Source: Eimeria praecox
Lineage: Eukaryota
Direction of reading: 5' to 3'
Length of the DNA stretch: 64,000 nt
Assembly: GCA_963920595.1 (NCBI GenBank)
Contig: OY986946.1
Coordinates: forward strand, 6,386,001 to 6,450,000
The notes under the pieces: generated by a model
What the model was told of the DNA's origin: nothing
Seen by the model: the letters and a program-made list of their open reading frames with translations, nothing else
The model's database searches: none
Part shown: in pieces, positions 46,010-57,000 of the stretch
Layout of the letters: the number at the start of each line of letters is the position of its first letter
Numbering within the stretch: position 1 is the stretch's first letter
Translations under genes and position numbers: made by a program

Positions 46010-49000
46010 ACGAGTTGTTGTGGCTCCAACTCTCGTTTCTTTAAAGGAGAGGTGTTGAACAGCCAGTTCTTCAGCACATTGGGGCTGCGCGCTGCGGTAA
46101 TGGCGTGGGTTGTAGGGACAGGAGGCTGTGATAGGTCTCCTGCCCAATCAAAGACTCTAGTTTGACAAATATTTTAGAACCCTCCTAACTGTACTTTTGT
46201 AAACGAAACGGGCGAGCAGGTGCAGATGGCTATAGAAAGCAGCACAGTCAGCACGTAGCTTCTGCCTGTATACACCATTCTCAGATGAGTGACCTGTAGG
46301 GGGGTGTGCCACAAGCCAGTGGATGCATCGACAGTTGTACGGATGCTGGCTACAAAAGGCCAATTAAACGCTTAACAAATGCGCACGACGATAGTGGAGG
46401 AAACGAATAGGGAGGCATGCTACGGTTGGATTTGAAGTCCCATTCCGGCAACAAGCGCTGCAGCTCAAGAGAGGCATCGTCTCTCACTACCAGCCGCAAT
46501 ACCCAATGCGGCTGCGCTCAGGAAGCCTAGATACAGTGGGAATAGCAGCCTGCCTTGAGGGGCAATCATTAGACAAAGCATGTTGACCGGGTGGTGGCTC
46601 TCACTGAGCATATGCTACGGCCGAGGGGTTATCTGCAGTGTGAGGGTCTTCTGAGGTTCATTCTGTCTGCAGCAAACATGTGTATCTACCTGAGCGTCAG
46701 CTGGCTACTGCGGGCCAAATGAATGCTTAACAGCGATCTACGCTTTCAGTGCACGCATCAAGTAGTAGGGCTTGGCTACATTTGCCTGGCTGCCTTCCAT
46801 CAATAGTTGCAGAAGTTGCAGAAAGATGCGTTGCAACTGGTTTTGTGCTAGCAACCCCTCGTGCTACCCCAGGCCATTGGTTGCCACTACTCATGATACC
46901 TGTAGATTTGAAGGGAGCTGTAGTGAGCCTACATTACAATCACAGCTACAACTGCACGCTTGGCAATTTTGCCTTGCTCGTTGGGTCGTTCCTGTAGCAT
47001 GGTATGGCCTGCTTTGTCGAGCGTTGGTGCATGGTCTTCCACGTGCGTGCAGGCTGCCTATTAGGGTATGATTTGGGAGTTCTCTTATGTCAAGTCCGGC
47101 TCTGCTGCATATCAAGATGATCCTCTCCTAAGATCCACGGTTCCGGTTACAGTTTATGGCACAGCATGGTTCAGAATGGCAGGTAGAGCTGCAGAGCGCA
47201 GGCTACACGGCTATGCAATAAGTGCAAAAAGACGCCTTGAAGCGCACGGCGGAGCGGCCAGGCCCTTCGGCTCACAGCAGGCCTGGAGGCAGGAGGGGAG
47301 GCCATCTACTTTTCGGGAGCTCTTTCATGAAGCCTTTGACTCTATTGCGGTGCATGACAATATTCGACTAAGAGCAACGACTCTCGTTACACATGGTAGC
47401 ACGGCATGGCTCGTGTTTAATCGGGGGATGTTAGAGCAACGATCCTCGCCTCCCCGGATGAGGGAGGCCACTTGCGTAACAATAGATGGCAAAAGGAAAA
47501 AAACCTCTCTCCAAGTGGCGAAAAGAGCCTTGAACAATTTTTGTATTAAGGCCTCAGACTTTTCCTCCTGCGTAATAGAGACCGATCATGGTCTGCCTTC
47601 GGGTAGGGAAGGGTCCCGCGGTAGCGTAATCACGCTTGATTTCCGTCCTCATCCAGTAGGAACAGCATCTTCGCCAAGACCAATTCGAGAAGCGTGACTC
47701 CGCCTCTGGTGGCCATACATATGTGACGGGTGTAGTCTTTACGACTGCGGTTGGCGAATGACAGACAAGCCGCTGGAAAGGCTATAGGCGTAAAATGCGA
47801 GCTCTACTCAAAAATGTGTCATATTAACTTGATACAGAACACCTTTTCTGAACTGGGCCTGCCCGCTGCAACATATTCCTAAGCATGCCGCGGATGACTC
47901 TGTAGAGGGAGTTCATGCGGTCTCCGTAGGAGGCTATTGGTGTATATGTGCCGGAAACGATGAAAGAGTGCACCCCTCAGCGTTTCCAGGAGCATTTGCA
48001 TCTTCTACGATAAGAGGAATGAGAACAGTGTCCGAAGGAGAAAAGAGGAGGAGAGGCTCCTTTCCTGTGGAGCGCTGAGGCGCTACAGGGAACGACGGAG
48101 AGATGTGTGGACTCCGTTGTGATAATCGTGCGAAGACCGCTAATTTGGGGTTCTCGACCCAGTCGGCACCGAGGAGCAACAGGGGGAGCAAATTTAAAGA
48201 GGACTGGTCAGACTTTATTAGCAGCGAGGGATGCGAGCGGGCCGGCCAGCCGTTGGACGTTCCATGTACCGCATCGAACACATTTCCAGAGCAGCGCACT
48301 GCTTTTGTAACGAGAGTCTTCGATTTTTGCCGTGGCCCCTCACGAGACGCAATCTTGTCAAATACTTAGAGAAAAGTTCGTTAAAAACACCGGACCTCCC
48401 CTCCAGCCTCAAAGCCTCCTCGAGGCAAGGTTTGGGCTAGCGGGAGGACGGAGAGGTCTCTCAAGGGCTGCAGCGCACCGTGCTGGAGCTAGTGCTGCAA
48501 GGCATCCCCATTGTTGCACAGTAGGTGGCGCTTTGCTGCATTAGCTAGCGTTGTAGATTGTAGGCTAGGCTGTCGTTTAACACTTTCTTGGCCGTCCGTA
48601 GCCAGCCGGCGAGCAGTTAGCGAGGTGAGTAGCAGCATCACGCACAGGCTGCGCCAGCTCTGTTCCAAGGTATCGGAGGCCGCAGCATCGTCACAAAGGA
48701 ATCGAGCGACAAGAACTAATTCAAATAGGCAGACGGCAGTTGGCGCAAATGATATACTGGCATTGGCGGAGAAGAAATACAAGGGAAACCGATAAAACTG
48801 CCATAACAACATCTTCTACAGCAGCGCCAAGTACGAAAGGGGTCCCCATTCGGGGTACGCTTCCACTGCTGGACAATCAGGCGCATGAAGGTGTGTGCTG
48901 CTTAGGATAGTAGGGAGGGAGATGCAGCATGGTCTGTGTGTGGTTAGTACTCGTATTTTTACCGACTCGATTCTGAAGGGCCAAGAAAGTGCTTAAGCGT

Positions 49001-49090
49001 TTGCTTGCACTCCAGTCTACAATGTCTGCGCCTACAGCAAAAGTACCGATTGTGCCCGCGTGCCGGGCTGCCTAGTAGCACGCGTCCCAG
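46010..49090 (-). mobile_element. Degenerate Ty3/gypsy (chromovirus-like) gag-pol relic
   Basis: Minus-strand collinear remnants: Zn-knuckle-like CY...RGHNRYFC (about 49035-49080); protease-like VFDKIAS...SNG...LLLGADWV (about 48150-48365); RT-like FKALFATWREVF, MKELPKSRW, C..RRLFAL, ILNHA...VDLRRG, WKTM, TQRA, LQRIF (about 46770-47540); RNase H-like GVYRQ...AAFYSH, GRRP, PRHYR (about 46010-46300). Matched by eye only. Confidence 0.62.
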
Positions 49091-49115
49091 CATGATGCAT
49101 TGCATCGCGCGACAG

Positions 49116-49161
49116 GCCAGCCTTTGCGCCACCGCCTGCAGGCGGTGGCGCAAAGGCTGGC
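49116..49161. repeat. Perfect 46-bp palindrome with no spacer
   Basis: gccagcctttgcgccaccgcctg|caggcggtggcgcaaaggctggc; the ORF track shows the same peptide QPLRHRLQAVAQRLA on both strands. Confidence 0.97.
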
Positions 49162-50259
49162 ACCCTACAAGCCCTTTAGCGGCTATGCCAAGCAGACCAG
49201 AAGGCTGGAGGGGTGCGAAGTTGCGGACTCCTCCTCCAGATGCCACTCAATTGCACCTTACGACTGTCCTCCACTACGATCGACAACTGTCATTACATCC
49301 ACTACAGTGTTGCTGATACTGCGTTTGATCCACTGCGATCAACCGCCCAGTTGTTGGCAGCATTTCCGCCTGTGTTTGGGTGTAGAGAACCAAGGGGTAT
49401 AGAGCCTAAGGACTTGGTATAAGCGAGCTTAAAAAGCAGCTAACCCCCCCTCTAATCTCCAGGACTACTGGGTACTGACTAACGGGCCTGCGCACGCCTG
49501 CCAATCGAGCGTTGCAAACTTCCTCGATGCAACACCTTCTGCATGACTGCCCCATGTGCGCGTGCACCCAAGCTCCGCCTTCATGCATGCACTGACACAG
49601 GAAGCAACTGCTAAATACTTTTTCGTCCCTTACTAGCCACCCTGTCCCAAAGCAAAGGTAGGCCTACCAGCTTCACACCGGCCATGCCACATCGGCTGTC
49701 TAAGCGCAGATGAAACTGCAGAATGGTAGGCTTCGCACTGATTGTCACCCTACTAGAGACTATATGATAGTGTGTAACACTTCAATTCAATGAGCCTACA
49801 CAGGCGAAGATGGCCCCTGACTAGACACTACATACACATTGCACAGCACACCATAGCGCACACCCCCTGACTGGCAGACAGGCTCCACAAAATATGGCTA
49901 GAAAGCGCCCATTCTTCCTCTGATCGTTTCCATTCCGAAATTCTGGAAAAACGAAGTTGACTCTCGTTAGCTGAATTTAAATTGTGCCTATTCCCAGGAA
50001 CAGCGGTGCCGCAACTGCCTGAACAAGCCCCTCCAGCCCTAGCAGCAGCCTGCGACGGCGTTGCGGAGGAGTGGCTGTAGCGGGAAAGGTGGAGAAAGTT
50101 GAAGTTAAACTCACATGCTTTTCCTTTCTTTTGCACCATTAAGTGTGACGCGCACTGAAGGCTCCTATTCGAGTGCCTGCACAGGGCAGCAGCTTCGCGT
50201 TTCTTGTCTTGCGTCGTATCTCTCAGTGGAGCTGCTGTACTGTATCCTTATCCATTAAA

Positions 50260-50763
50260 ATGGCGTTCAGCATCCTCGGCCCGTTCTTGGGGTCCTTGTT
50301 GTGCTTCTGTGTCTGCTTTGTATACCCAGCGTCGCTGAGCTTCCAGCTGTTGCTTGACGAGAAGGCGGCGCCCAGTGGGGCCCTGAAGAACGACCATTTG
50401 CAGCATGTCATGTTCTGGGTATTGTGCTCATGGATATGCTGCATTGAATCCTTCCCTCCTCTGGCGCTGTTGCTGCAGTATCTCCCCTTCTACTACGAAA
50501 TCAAGTGTGTGCTGTTCTACTGGCTCGCTTCCCCACAGTTTAAAGGGGCTGGGTGGCTCTGGCTGCATGTCATCCACCCCGCTTACGAAAGAGCAGCGCC
50601 CATGTGTGCTCAGCTGTATAAGGAGCATTGCCCACCCCAGCTCAAAGTTGCAATTGAGAAGGCCACGGCGGCAATAATGGGGGCCAACTCGCAGCAGTCT
50701 GACGCGTTCAACAGAAGCCGCCAGCCCTCCAAACCAGCTGACACCACCCATAAGGCAGACTGA
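50260..50763 (+). CDS. HVA22/TB2/DP1 (REEP/Yop1-like) family membrane protein, 167 aa, single exon
   Basis: ATG in AAAATGG context at 50260; motifs VCFVYPASLSF, HVMFWVLCS, YLPFYYEIKCVLFYWLASPQFKGAGWLWLHVIHP. Confidence 0.92.
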   Translation: MAFSILGPFLGSLLCFCVCFVYPASLSFQLLLDEKAAPSGALKNDHLQHVMFWVLCSWICCIESFPPLALLLQYLPFYYEIKCVLFYWLASPQFKGAGWLWLHVIHPAYERAAPMCAQLYKEHCPPQLKVAIEKATAAIMGANSQQSDAFNRSRQPSKPADTTHKAD

Positions 50764-51535
50764 GCAACGCGTGCTGTGGGCTGTTCGATCTGTGGCGAAA
50801 GAGCAGTGCAGCATGTAGTGCTTTCACTTGTTACTGGGTCATTCGCATGAAGCAGCGTGGCATGAAGTGCCTGTTTCTCCTTCCTTGTTCGCACGCTGGC
50901 GAGAGGCAGGGAGAGTGAGGACATATCTTTCTGAACAGGAGCAAAGGCAAGGTGCAACGAGAAGACATGACAGGGCCTCTGCTACTGCCTGCTGCACGGG
51001 AAGGCCCACGGGACGATCTACAACTGGCGAAGCGCATTTGGGTGTGGGAACACCAACCCGGACGATGTGCACAACACAGCAGTATGCATAGCGCTCAGCA
51101 CGGATTGCGGCACCAGTGTGGATTTTGCTGTGCCCGTTGGCTCCCCCATTGTTTTCGAGGTCCCCTCCGGGTCCCGGCTGGCAGCACAAAAGACGGAGGG
51201 CTGATCTTCCTCCGTGCCCAAGTAGACATCGCGCTGGTGGGGTAGCACTAGGCTTCGACCCCTGTACGTGCGTGTGTGTGTGTGTGTGTGTGGTATCTGC
51301 CTATGGGGATCTAACCGGAGAATCCTGTGGGCCATGGCATCTAGTGCGTTATGCGTGCTGATAGGTTGTATGTATGAAGTGGAGGCGTGCTCTTTGCACC
51401 ACGCGTTCACAAAATCAGTTGTACGTTCGTTTTAGACAGGCAACCGCCGAACCTGAACTGTCGAGGTCCGTACAGCAGCAGCAGCAACCCTGGCTGCTTT
51501 GAATAAAGTATGGCGCGTTGTTTTGCGTTTAACCC

Positions 51536-53464
51536 CTACCATCGCCATTTGGACACTTCTATTACTTTATAAACAGTCATTGCAGCGGTGCAGAGGCCCA
51601 TGAGGAACCACTGACAGGCGTAGTTGAAATGCGTGTGTTCGTCAGCATAGAACAGGAGGTAGTCCTCCTTTTTCTTCTGTTCATAGCTCATAAACCTATT
51701 TGCCACTTTCAGCTCCCCCCCCTCACCGGCCGGTGGGTTCAGCAGATCTTCGTCATACACTATTGAGTAGGCGTTCACCATGAGGAGCCCCGCTTCCTTC
51801 ATATTTGGAATACCTGGAGTGGCCTCTGCGAGGTCCCCAGGGTGCAACACAGTGAACTGCTTCTCGTGAGGGCGGTTTTTCAGCATCAATGCCTTGAAAC
51901 TCGAATTAGCCACTTCTCCAGGCTCCAGTACTCCCCGCACTGTTACGGACCCCACGGGCTCTGTTCGGCACCCGGCCACCTGCTGCAGACGCTCCAGATA
52001 CTGCTGTGCACCATAGTTCACGTACTTCTGCTTTCCACGCTGCTGCTGCATCTCTTCCAGCTGTTTATCCACATGCTGCTCCGCCGTGGCGTTTTGGCGC
52101 TGCAGCGTTTGCTGATGTATCATCGCAAGTATCTCAGCTTCTTCGCTGACTGCACTGGGGAAAGGAGGCAGCTTGGCAAGTTTGTAAGGCAAGTGCCCCT
52201 TGTTAACAAGAATGACGCATCCATCTTGCAGTCGCAGCGGTGAAACGATGCAATACCCCGGATTTCCGACTTCCAGTCCCGGCCGCGGGCCCACGAGCAG
52301 CTCAGTGCTGCTGTCCAAAACCCCGTGAAGCACCACTGGAGTGTACGCCCACTCTCTTACCGCCCGCTGGACATCCTCCGCAGAGGCCTCGGCCAGCAAT
52401 CGGCCACTGCGTTGCGTTCGCCTCCCTGCTGTCCCCGCATCCTTTGCGTTCTCCTGCGGTTGGTGAGGCAGCGCGGTAGCAGAATGCTCAGGAGGAGAAC
52501 CTGAGGCGGCAGGCTCGCGACCTACAGCTGGAGGGCTAAGAGATGGCGAAGGAGACACGGAGGTCTGCTTCGGGGGGTGCCCAGCAGCCAATGGTTCACC
52601 ATGAGCTTCTGCTGACATGCTGCTGGGGAGATCTGCTGCGAGGCCCTCATTCTGCTTGTTTGCGCGTGCTCTGGCGTTGGCGGCAGCCTCCAGGGTCCAG
52701 GGGAAGGGGGAGGAAGTGATGATCGTAGGCTGCCTGGCAAGGTGATTCCTTCTGTATTCAATAAGCTCTCGCTTTTCACGCATGCGACGCAGTTGCCAAA
52801 AGCCGAGTGCAGCCAGCACGCTGCTGAACAGGGCTCCGCCCAGAGCTAGCCGCAGCCTCTCTCCCTTGCGGATCCCATACTGGCGGTTCCTCACGACCCT
52901 CAGGACCGGGGATGTAACTTTCTGCGCATCTTTAGCTGCAATAATACGCACAATTATTCCCCCCTCCACCTCCTGCGGCGACGGGTACTTGGCCTCTGAA
53001 TTTGCCAGTATAGCCGCGTCCTCGGGGGTGCACGGCAACAGCCGTTGCCCAGGCATCGACCGCCCAGAAGCCATAAAAGGGATGGGGGCAAAGCCCCAAT
53101 TATGGGCCGCAGGTTTATCCCCTCCACCTACTGCAGCGGGAGTGCGCGGCCTGCTGCTGCCCCCCGCCACATTTGTTGCTGCGTCCTCTGCGGAGAGTGA
53201 AGCGTCCCTTGAACGGATCGAGTTATCCAGTGCTGGTGCACTTCCGTCGTTTCCCCTTTCCCTCTCACATTTGTCCTCTCCGCTCGCCTTCCCGGACCCT
53301 GAAGGATCCTTGCTGTTATTGCTTCTGCTTTCTACGCCACCTCTCAGACCCCTGTAGTGGCCGCAATTGGCTGCACCTCCTTGCTGGAACGCGTGCCAAG
53401 CCGCATTTGCCTTGATGCTTCCAAGGCTTCGAGTTACGGCTGCGAATCCTTCCCGCCTCCACAT
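51536..53464 (-). CDS. SURF1: SURF1/Shy1 family cytochrome c oxidase assembly protein, 642 aa, single exon
   Basis: Basic N-terminus; TM1 followed by LGFWQLRRMREK; EWAYTPVVLHG, LLVGPRP, GYCIVSPLRL, ILVNKGHLP, VTVRGVL, HFNYACQWF and TM2. Confidence 0.93.
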   Translation of the reverse strand: MWRREGFAAVTRSLGSIKANAAWHAFQQGGAANCGHYRGLRGGVESRSNNSKDPSGSGKASGEDKCERERGNDGSAPALDNSIRSRDASLSAEDAATNVAGGSSRPRTPAAVGGGDKPAAHNWGFAPIPFMASGRSMPGQRLLPCTPEDAAILANSEAKYPSPQEVEGGIIVRIIAAKDAQKVTSPVLRVVRNRQYGIRKGERLRLALGGALFSSVLAALGFWQLRRMREKRELIEYRRNHLARQPTIITSSPFPWTLEAAANARARANKQNEGLAADLPSSMSAEAHGEPLAAGHPPKQTSVSPSPSLSPPAVGREPAASGSPPEHSATALPHQPQENAKDAGTAGRRTQRSGRLLAEASAEDVQRAVREWAYTPVVLHGVLDSSTELLVGPRPGLEVGNPGYCIVSPLRLQDGCVILVNKGHLPYKLAKLPPFPSAVSEEAEILAMIHQQTLQRQNATAEQHVDKQLEEMQQQRGKQKYVNYGAQQYLERLQQVAGCRTEPVGSVTVRGVLEPGEVANSSFKALMLKNRPHEKQFTVLHPGDLAEATPGIPNMKEAGLLMVNAYSIVYDEDLLNPPAGEGGELKVANRFMSYEQKKKEDYLLFYADEHTHFNYACQWFLMGLCTAAMTVYKVIEVSKWRW

Positions 53465-54039
53465 GCTGCAGGTAGCTGAGAAAATAACTACTTGTCCTTG
53501 TTGGTGGACTTTGGCGGCGATGCAGCCTTTCGAGCTGTCTCAGTGGCTTTCTGCGCAGAGGAAAAAACGTCAGACGTCAATGCATGCGCCCCCATTACTT
53601 CCTCGAGTGCTCTAGCGGGACGCATGCACATTAGTGCACGAATATGGACACTAAAAGTAAACCATACCATTCAGCGTCGTATTATTCACAGGGAAATTAT
53701 CGAACACATTTTCACCAGCAGCAGCAGGATAGAAGGTAGTAGTAGTAGCAGCAGCAGCTGATACAGCGCCAACAATCTGTAGAGCGGAAGGCCTCACCAG
53801 TGCTGCATCCGTCACTTTCTTCATCACGGCCTCAGCCCGCTGGGAGGACACAACTGCGAACCTTTGGAAAGCAGGGTTCGTCTGCATTCACAGGGACAAC
53901 ACGAAATGCCGGATCTGGCAGCTGAACATGTGGCGGCAATGGTCAAAGCCTCATGTAAGCGAAGAAGCTAATGTAAGCCAGAAAAAGGTAGTTGGAGGGG
54001 GCAAGGCCATACGTACAACAAGCACTCGGTATACGTGGT

Positions 54040-57000
54040 CGCTGAGGTGACGCTGCGCCAGTGCTTGCAGCGTCCTGAAGAAAGTGCCCATGTTCATCTT
54101 GAGGTCTGCAAACAGCAACAAACGTAGTGAAAATCACACGCACATCGGATGCTTGCCAGACAGGCAAGATATGAGAACGCGTGTTGTTTCTCTTAGTAAC
54201 AATCCTCAGTAGGAGGCAAGAGGAGGGTTTTGCAGGGGATTAAGACATCGGTCTGAGTTTACTGCATACGCCACAACGCAAAATATCTTCATGGGTTAAC
54301 CACAAAGGCGCAAAATCCTCAATGAGAAGCCGGGGAAACATGCATTAGCACGTCTGCACTTACCGTTGGTTGTTCATGCATCTGCACTCAAGGACAAGCT
54401 GCGGGCTACAATGGGGCCGATCTGTTGACGAATTAGCCGTCTTAGATCCGATGGGCTCCCATGCGCCCTGAGAGTCTTCCTATCGACGCAGGCCTGCTCC
54501 TGCTTTCTTGAGTGAGTTGTAATTCCGCGCGCCCGAGCTGCTTGCTGACGCCCCTTTATCTGGCCCAGCTGAGGCAGAATCAGAATGCAACAAGCTCCGT
54601 GGACGTCAAAAAGGCTCTACGGGAAAGAAACGAAGACCTAAATGGCAAAGCACGGGAAGCCTCTGCACACCGCGCGGATTATCGATTTTGGCCGCAAAGG
54701 GCCACAGCCACACAGTGTCAGCAAAGTTGCATCTTCTAGGGACAAATAATACTTGTCTCTCTCACTGGATGGGTAATAAAGATCAAAAGTCGCGACGAGA
54801 CAGGCGTATCTCTGTGTCTTTCAGCCCCGTGGAAGGCACAGGCCATTCTGCATGCAACAAGCTCCGCAGAAAAACGACACGAACAGGGAAGCGTTTGTGG
54901 ATATTGTATGATTATTCGCTTAATTAGGGTCAATATTTCACTGGAAGGGGTGTTTTAATTACGTTTTGCATACAAGAGCACAAGCAGCCAGCGTACTCAG
55001 GATAGGCTATCCCTGACGAGGGACCATCTTCAGAATTATGTACCTTATCAAGCTGCAAGGGAGTCAAAATAATCAAGAGAAACGTTCCTCCAAACTCTGT
55101 GATTTCTCCTTTCATCTTTCAGGCCTCGTGGGCGCAGCGGCATGCAGGCCTGAGGCAGGTGTGGAAAGGGGCTTTGAGTTGCTGTATTCCTTGTTGCAAC
55201 ATCTCCTGAAGGAAAAAAATCCATGCAAGTGTACCCAAGCCATCCTTTTCTGGATGCAAAGCAGCTGTGGGGGATTGCTGAAGGCTCATTTGGCCCTTAA
55301 GAGCATGCGTGTGTACAGCACGTGCAGCATGCTCTGCTTGGTGATGGTAGTCGTACGCGTTGGTAGCAGATGGACTAAGGCGGATCAATAAAGAATTTGC
55401 GATTGCAGGAGATATGGGGAAAGGGAAAGCAGAATTTCTAGCAGCACCACCAGGGGGATTAACACAGCGATCAAACAAGCGCCGGGCCCCCTCTTCCCAA
55501 AATGCGCGGTGGGAGAGAAAAGGGCGACTGTTGCGTCTTAAGTCCCTCCTCCGGTCAGTGTTCTGCTTAGAGACGTACGTATTAATAATCAGGAGCTACT
55601 TGGCACCGGTTATAAAATGTGTATGACACCTGAAGCAACGGTGAGGAGGCACAACCTACCAGTCCAGGCGCAGTCTTTCGGATTATGCTTCGTGGATATC
55701 ACACAGAACGCTAAATTCAGTAAATCTCTGGCCGTACAACGTCAAATCAATTCAAGCACGGGATGTGGTGAACTACTCCAGCATATAATCCTTTTACCAT
55801 GGATAAGCCATGGTAAAGGGCTTACATGCTGGACTAGTTCACCACGGCATCATCCTACGCATGTGGGGGAAGGCTCAGGGGAAGATGTGCATTCTGTCTG
55901 CAGACGGCACTTTTGAGGTATATGTGCCGGGAAACAATGAGGGGACGCTTCTATCAGCGCTCCCAACTGTTTTTTGCATCCCTAAGGCAGGAGAAGTAGG
56001 GCCATGGTCCCAAGAAGATAGGGACAAGGAGGCTCTTACGCAGCGCAAAGGCCTTCCCAGAAAAGAAAGAGAAAGGCATACAACCCGTTGTGATGCTCTC
56101 ACAAAGGCTGTGGTTTGGGGGTATTCAACCAGTTGACCACAGAGGAGCAGCAAAAGTGGGCATAATTGAGCTAAGAGCCTTCAGATGTTTTAAATGGAAA
56201 GGTGCTACCAGATGGCTGGCCAGCGGGCCACCCCATCATCTAAATTCGCTGAAGCCTTTTTTCGGGTATCAATGCAGCCCAAAGATAGGCACAAGAATGC
56301 TCTCCATAACGCACTGGCAAACTATAGTACACCTGTGGGTACTTTAGGCTCGTGAATACTGCCGATGAACTGCAGCGGTATATTAATCGCAAATATTAGA
56401 GGCCAACCAATGAGGTGTTGGACGGTTGTGTGCATGGAAGGCTTTCTTGTGTTCAGCCATAATATTTAGGGCCGAATGGAGCAAATAAGGCGTAGACAGT
56501 AGGTGCTGTAAGGACCAGGACCTGGATAAGAACAAAGTTGTTTTTCATGCAAACCACTGGCGCCTTGCATTTCGCCTCTCTTCGGAGGAAGTTAAATCAG
56601 ATCTGGATTTCATTTAATTTGCACTTTTTTGCCCTGTTACTGCTCTCTCCTTTGGTTCTCACGGAGAAACAGACACATGAGGGCGTGTGCCACGTGGCAG
56701 CGAGGAAGGGAGGAGCAGCACCATTTCTCTGCGAACGTGGAACTCGTACCTCTACTTGCTCGCGGGCTGGCAATAGATGGCTAAATAAGTGTGTAGCAAC
56801 TCTATGAACAACAGTATACGATACCATCGCGTGTAGCGGAAGAGAGCTCGGCTGCGTTTGCATGCGGGGCTGCCTTGCAGCCCCGCATGCAACCGTAGCC
56901 AGCCTTTTCTTGCTTTCCTATAAACTTGCCTTCTCGAAGGAAGCTGGTTGGCCTTATACGACAGGGGGACAGCTTATATGGCCTTGCTAGGGGCTCCAAC

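Noticed and set aside
47068..47697. 209-aa + strand ORF as a novel gene
   Set aside because: No recognisable domain; it lies antisense to the decayed gypsy RT, which explains an open shadow frame.
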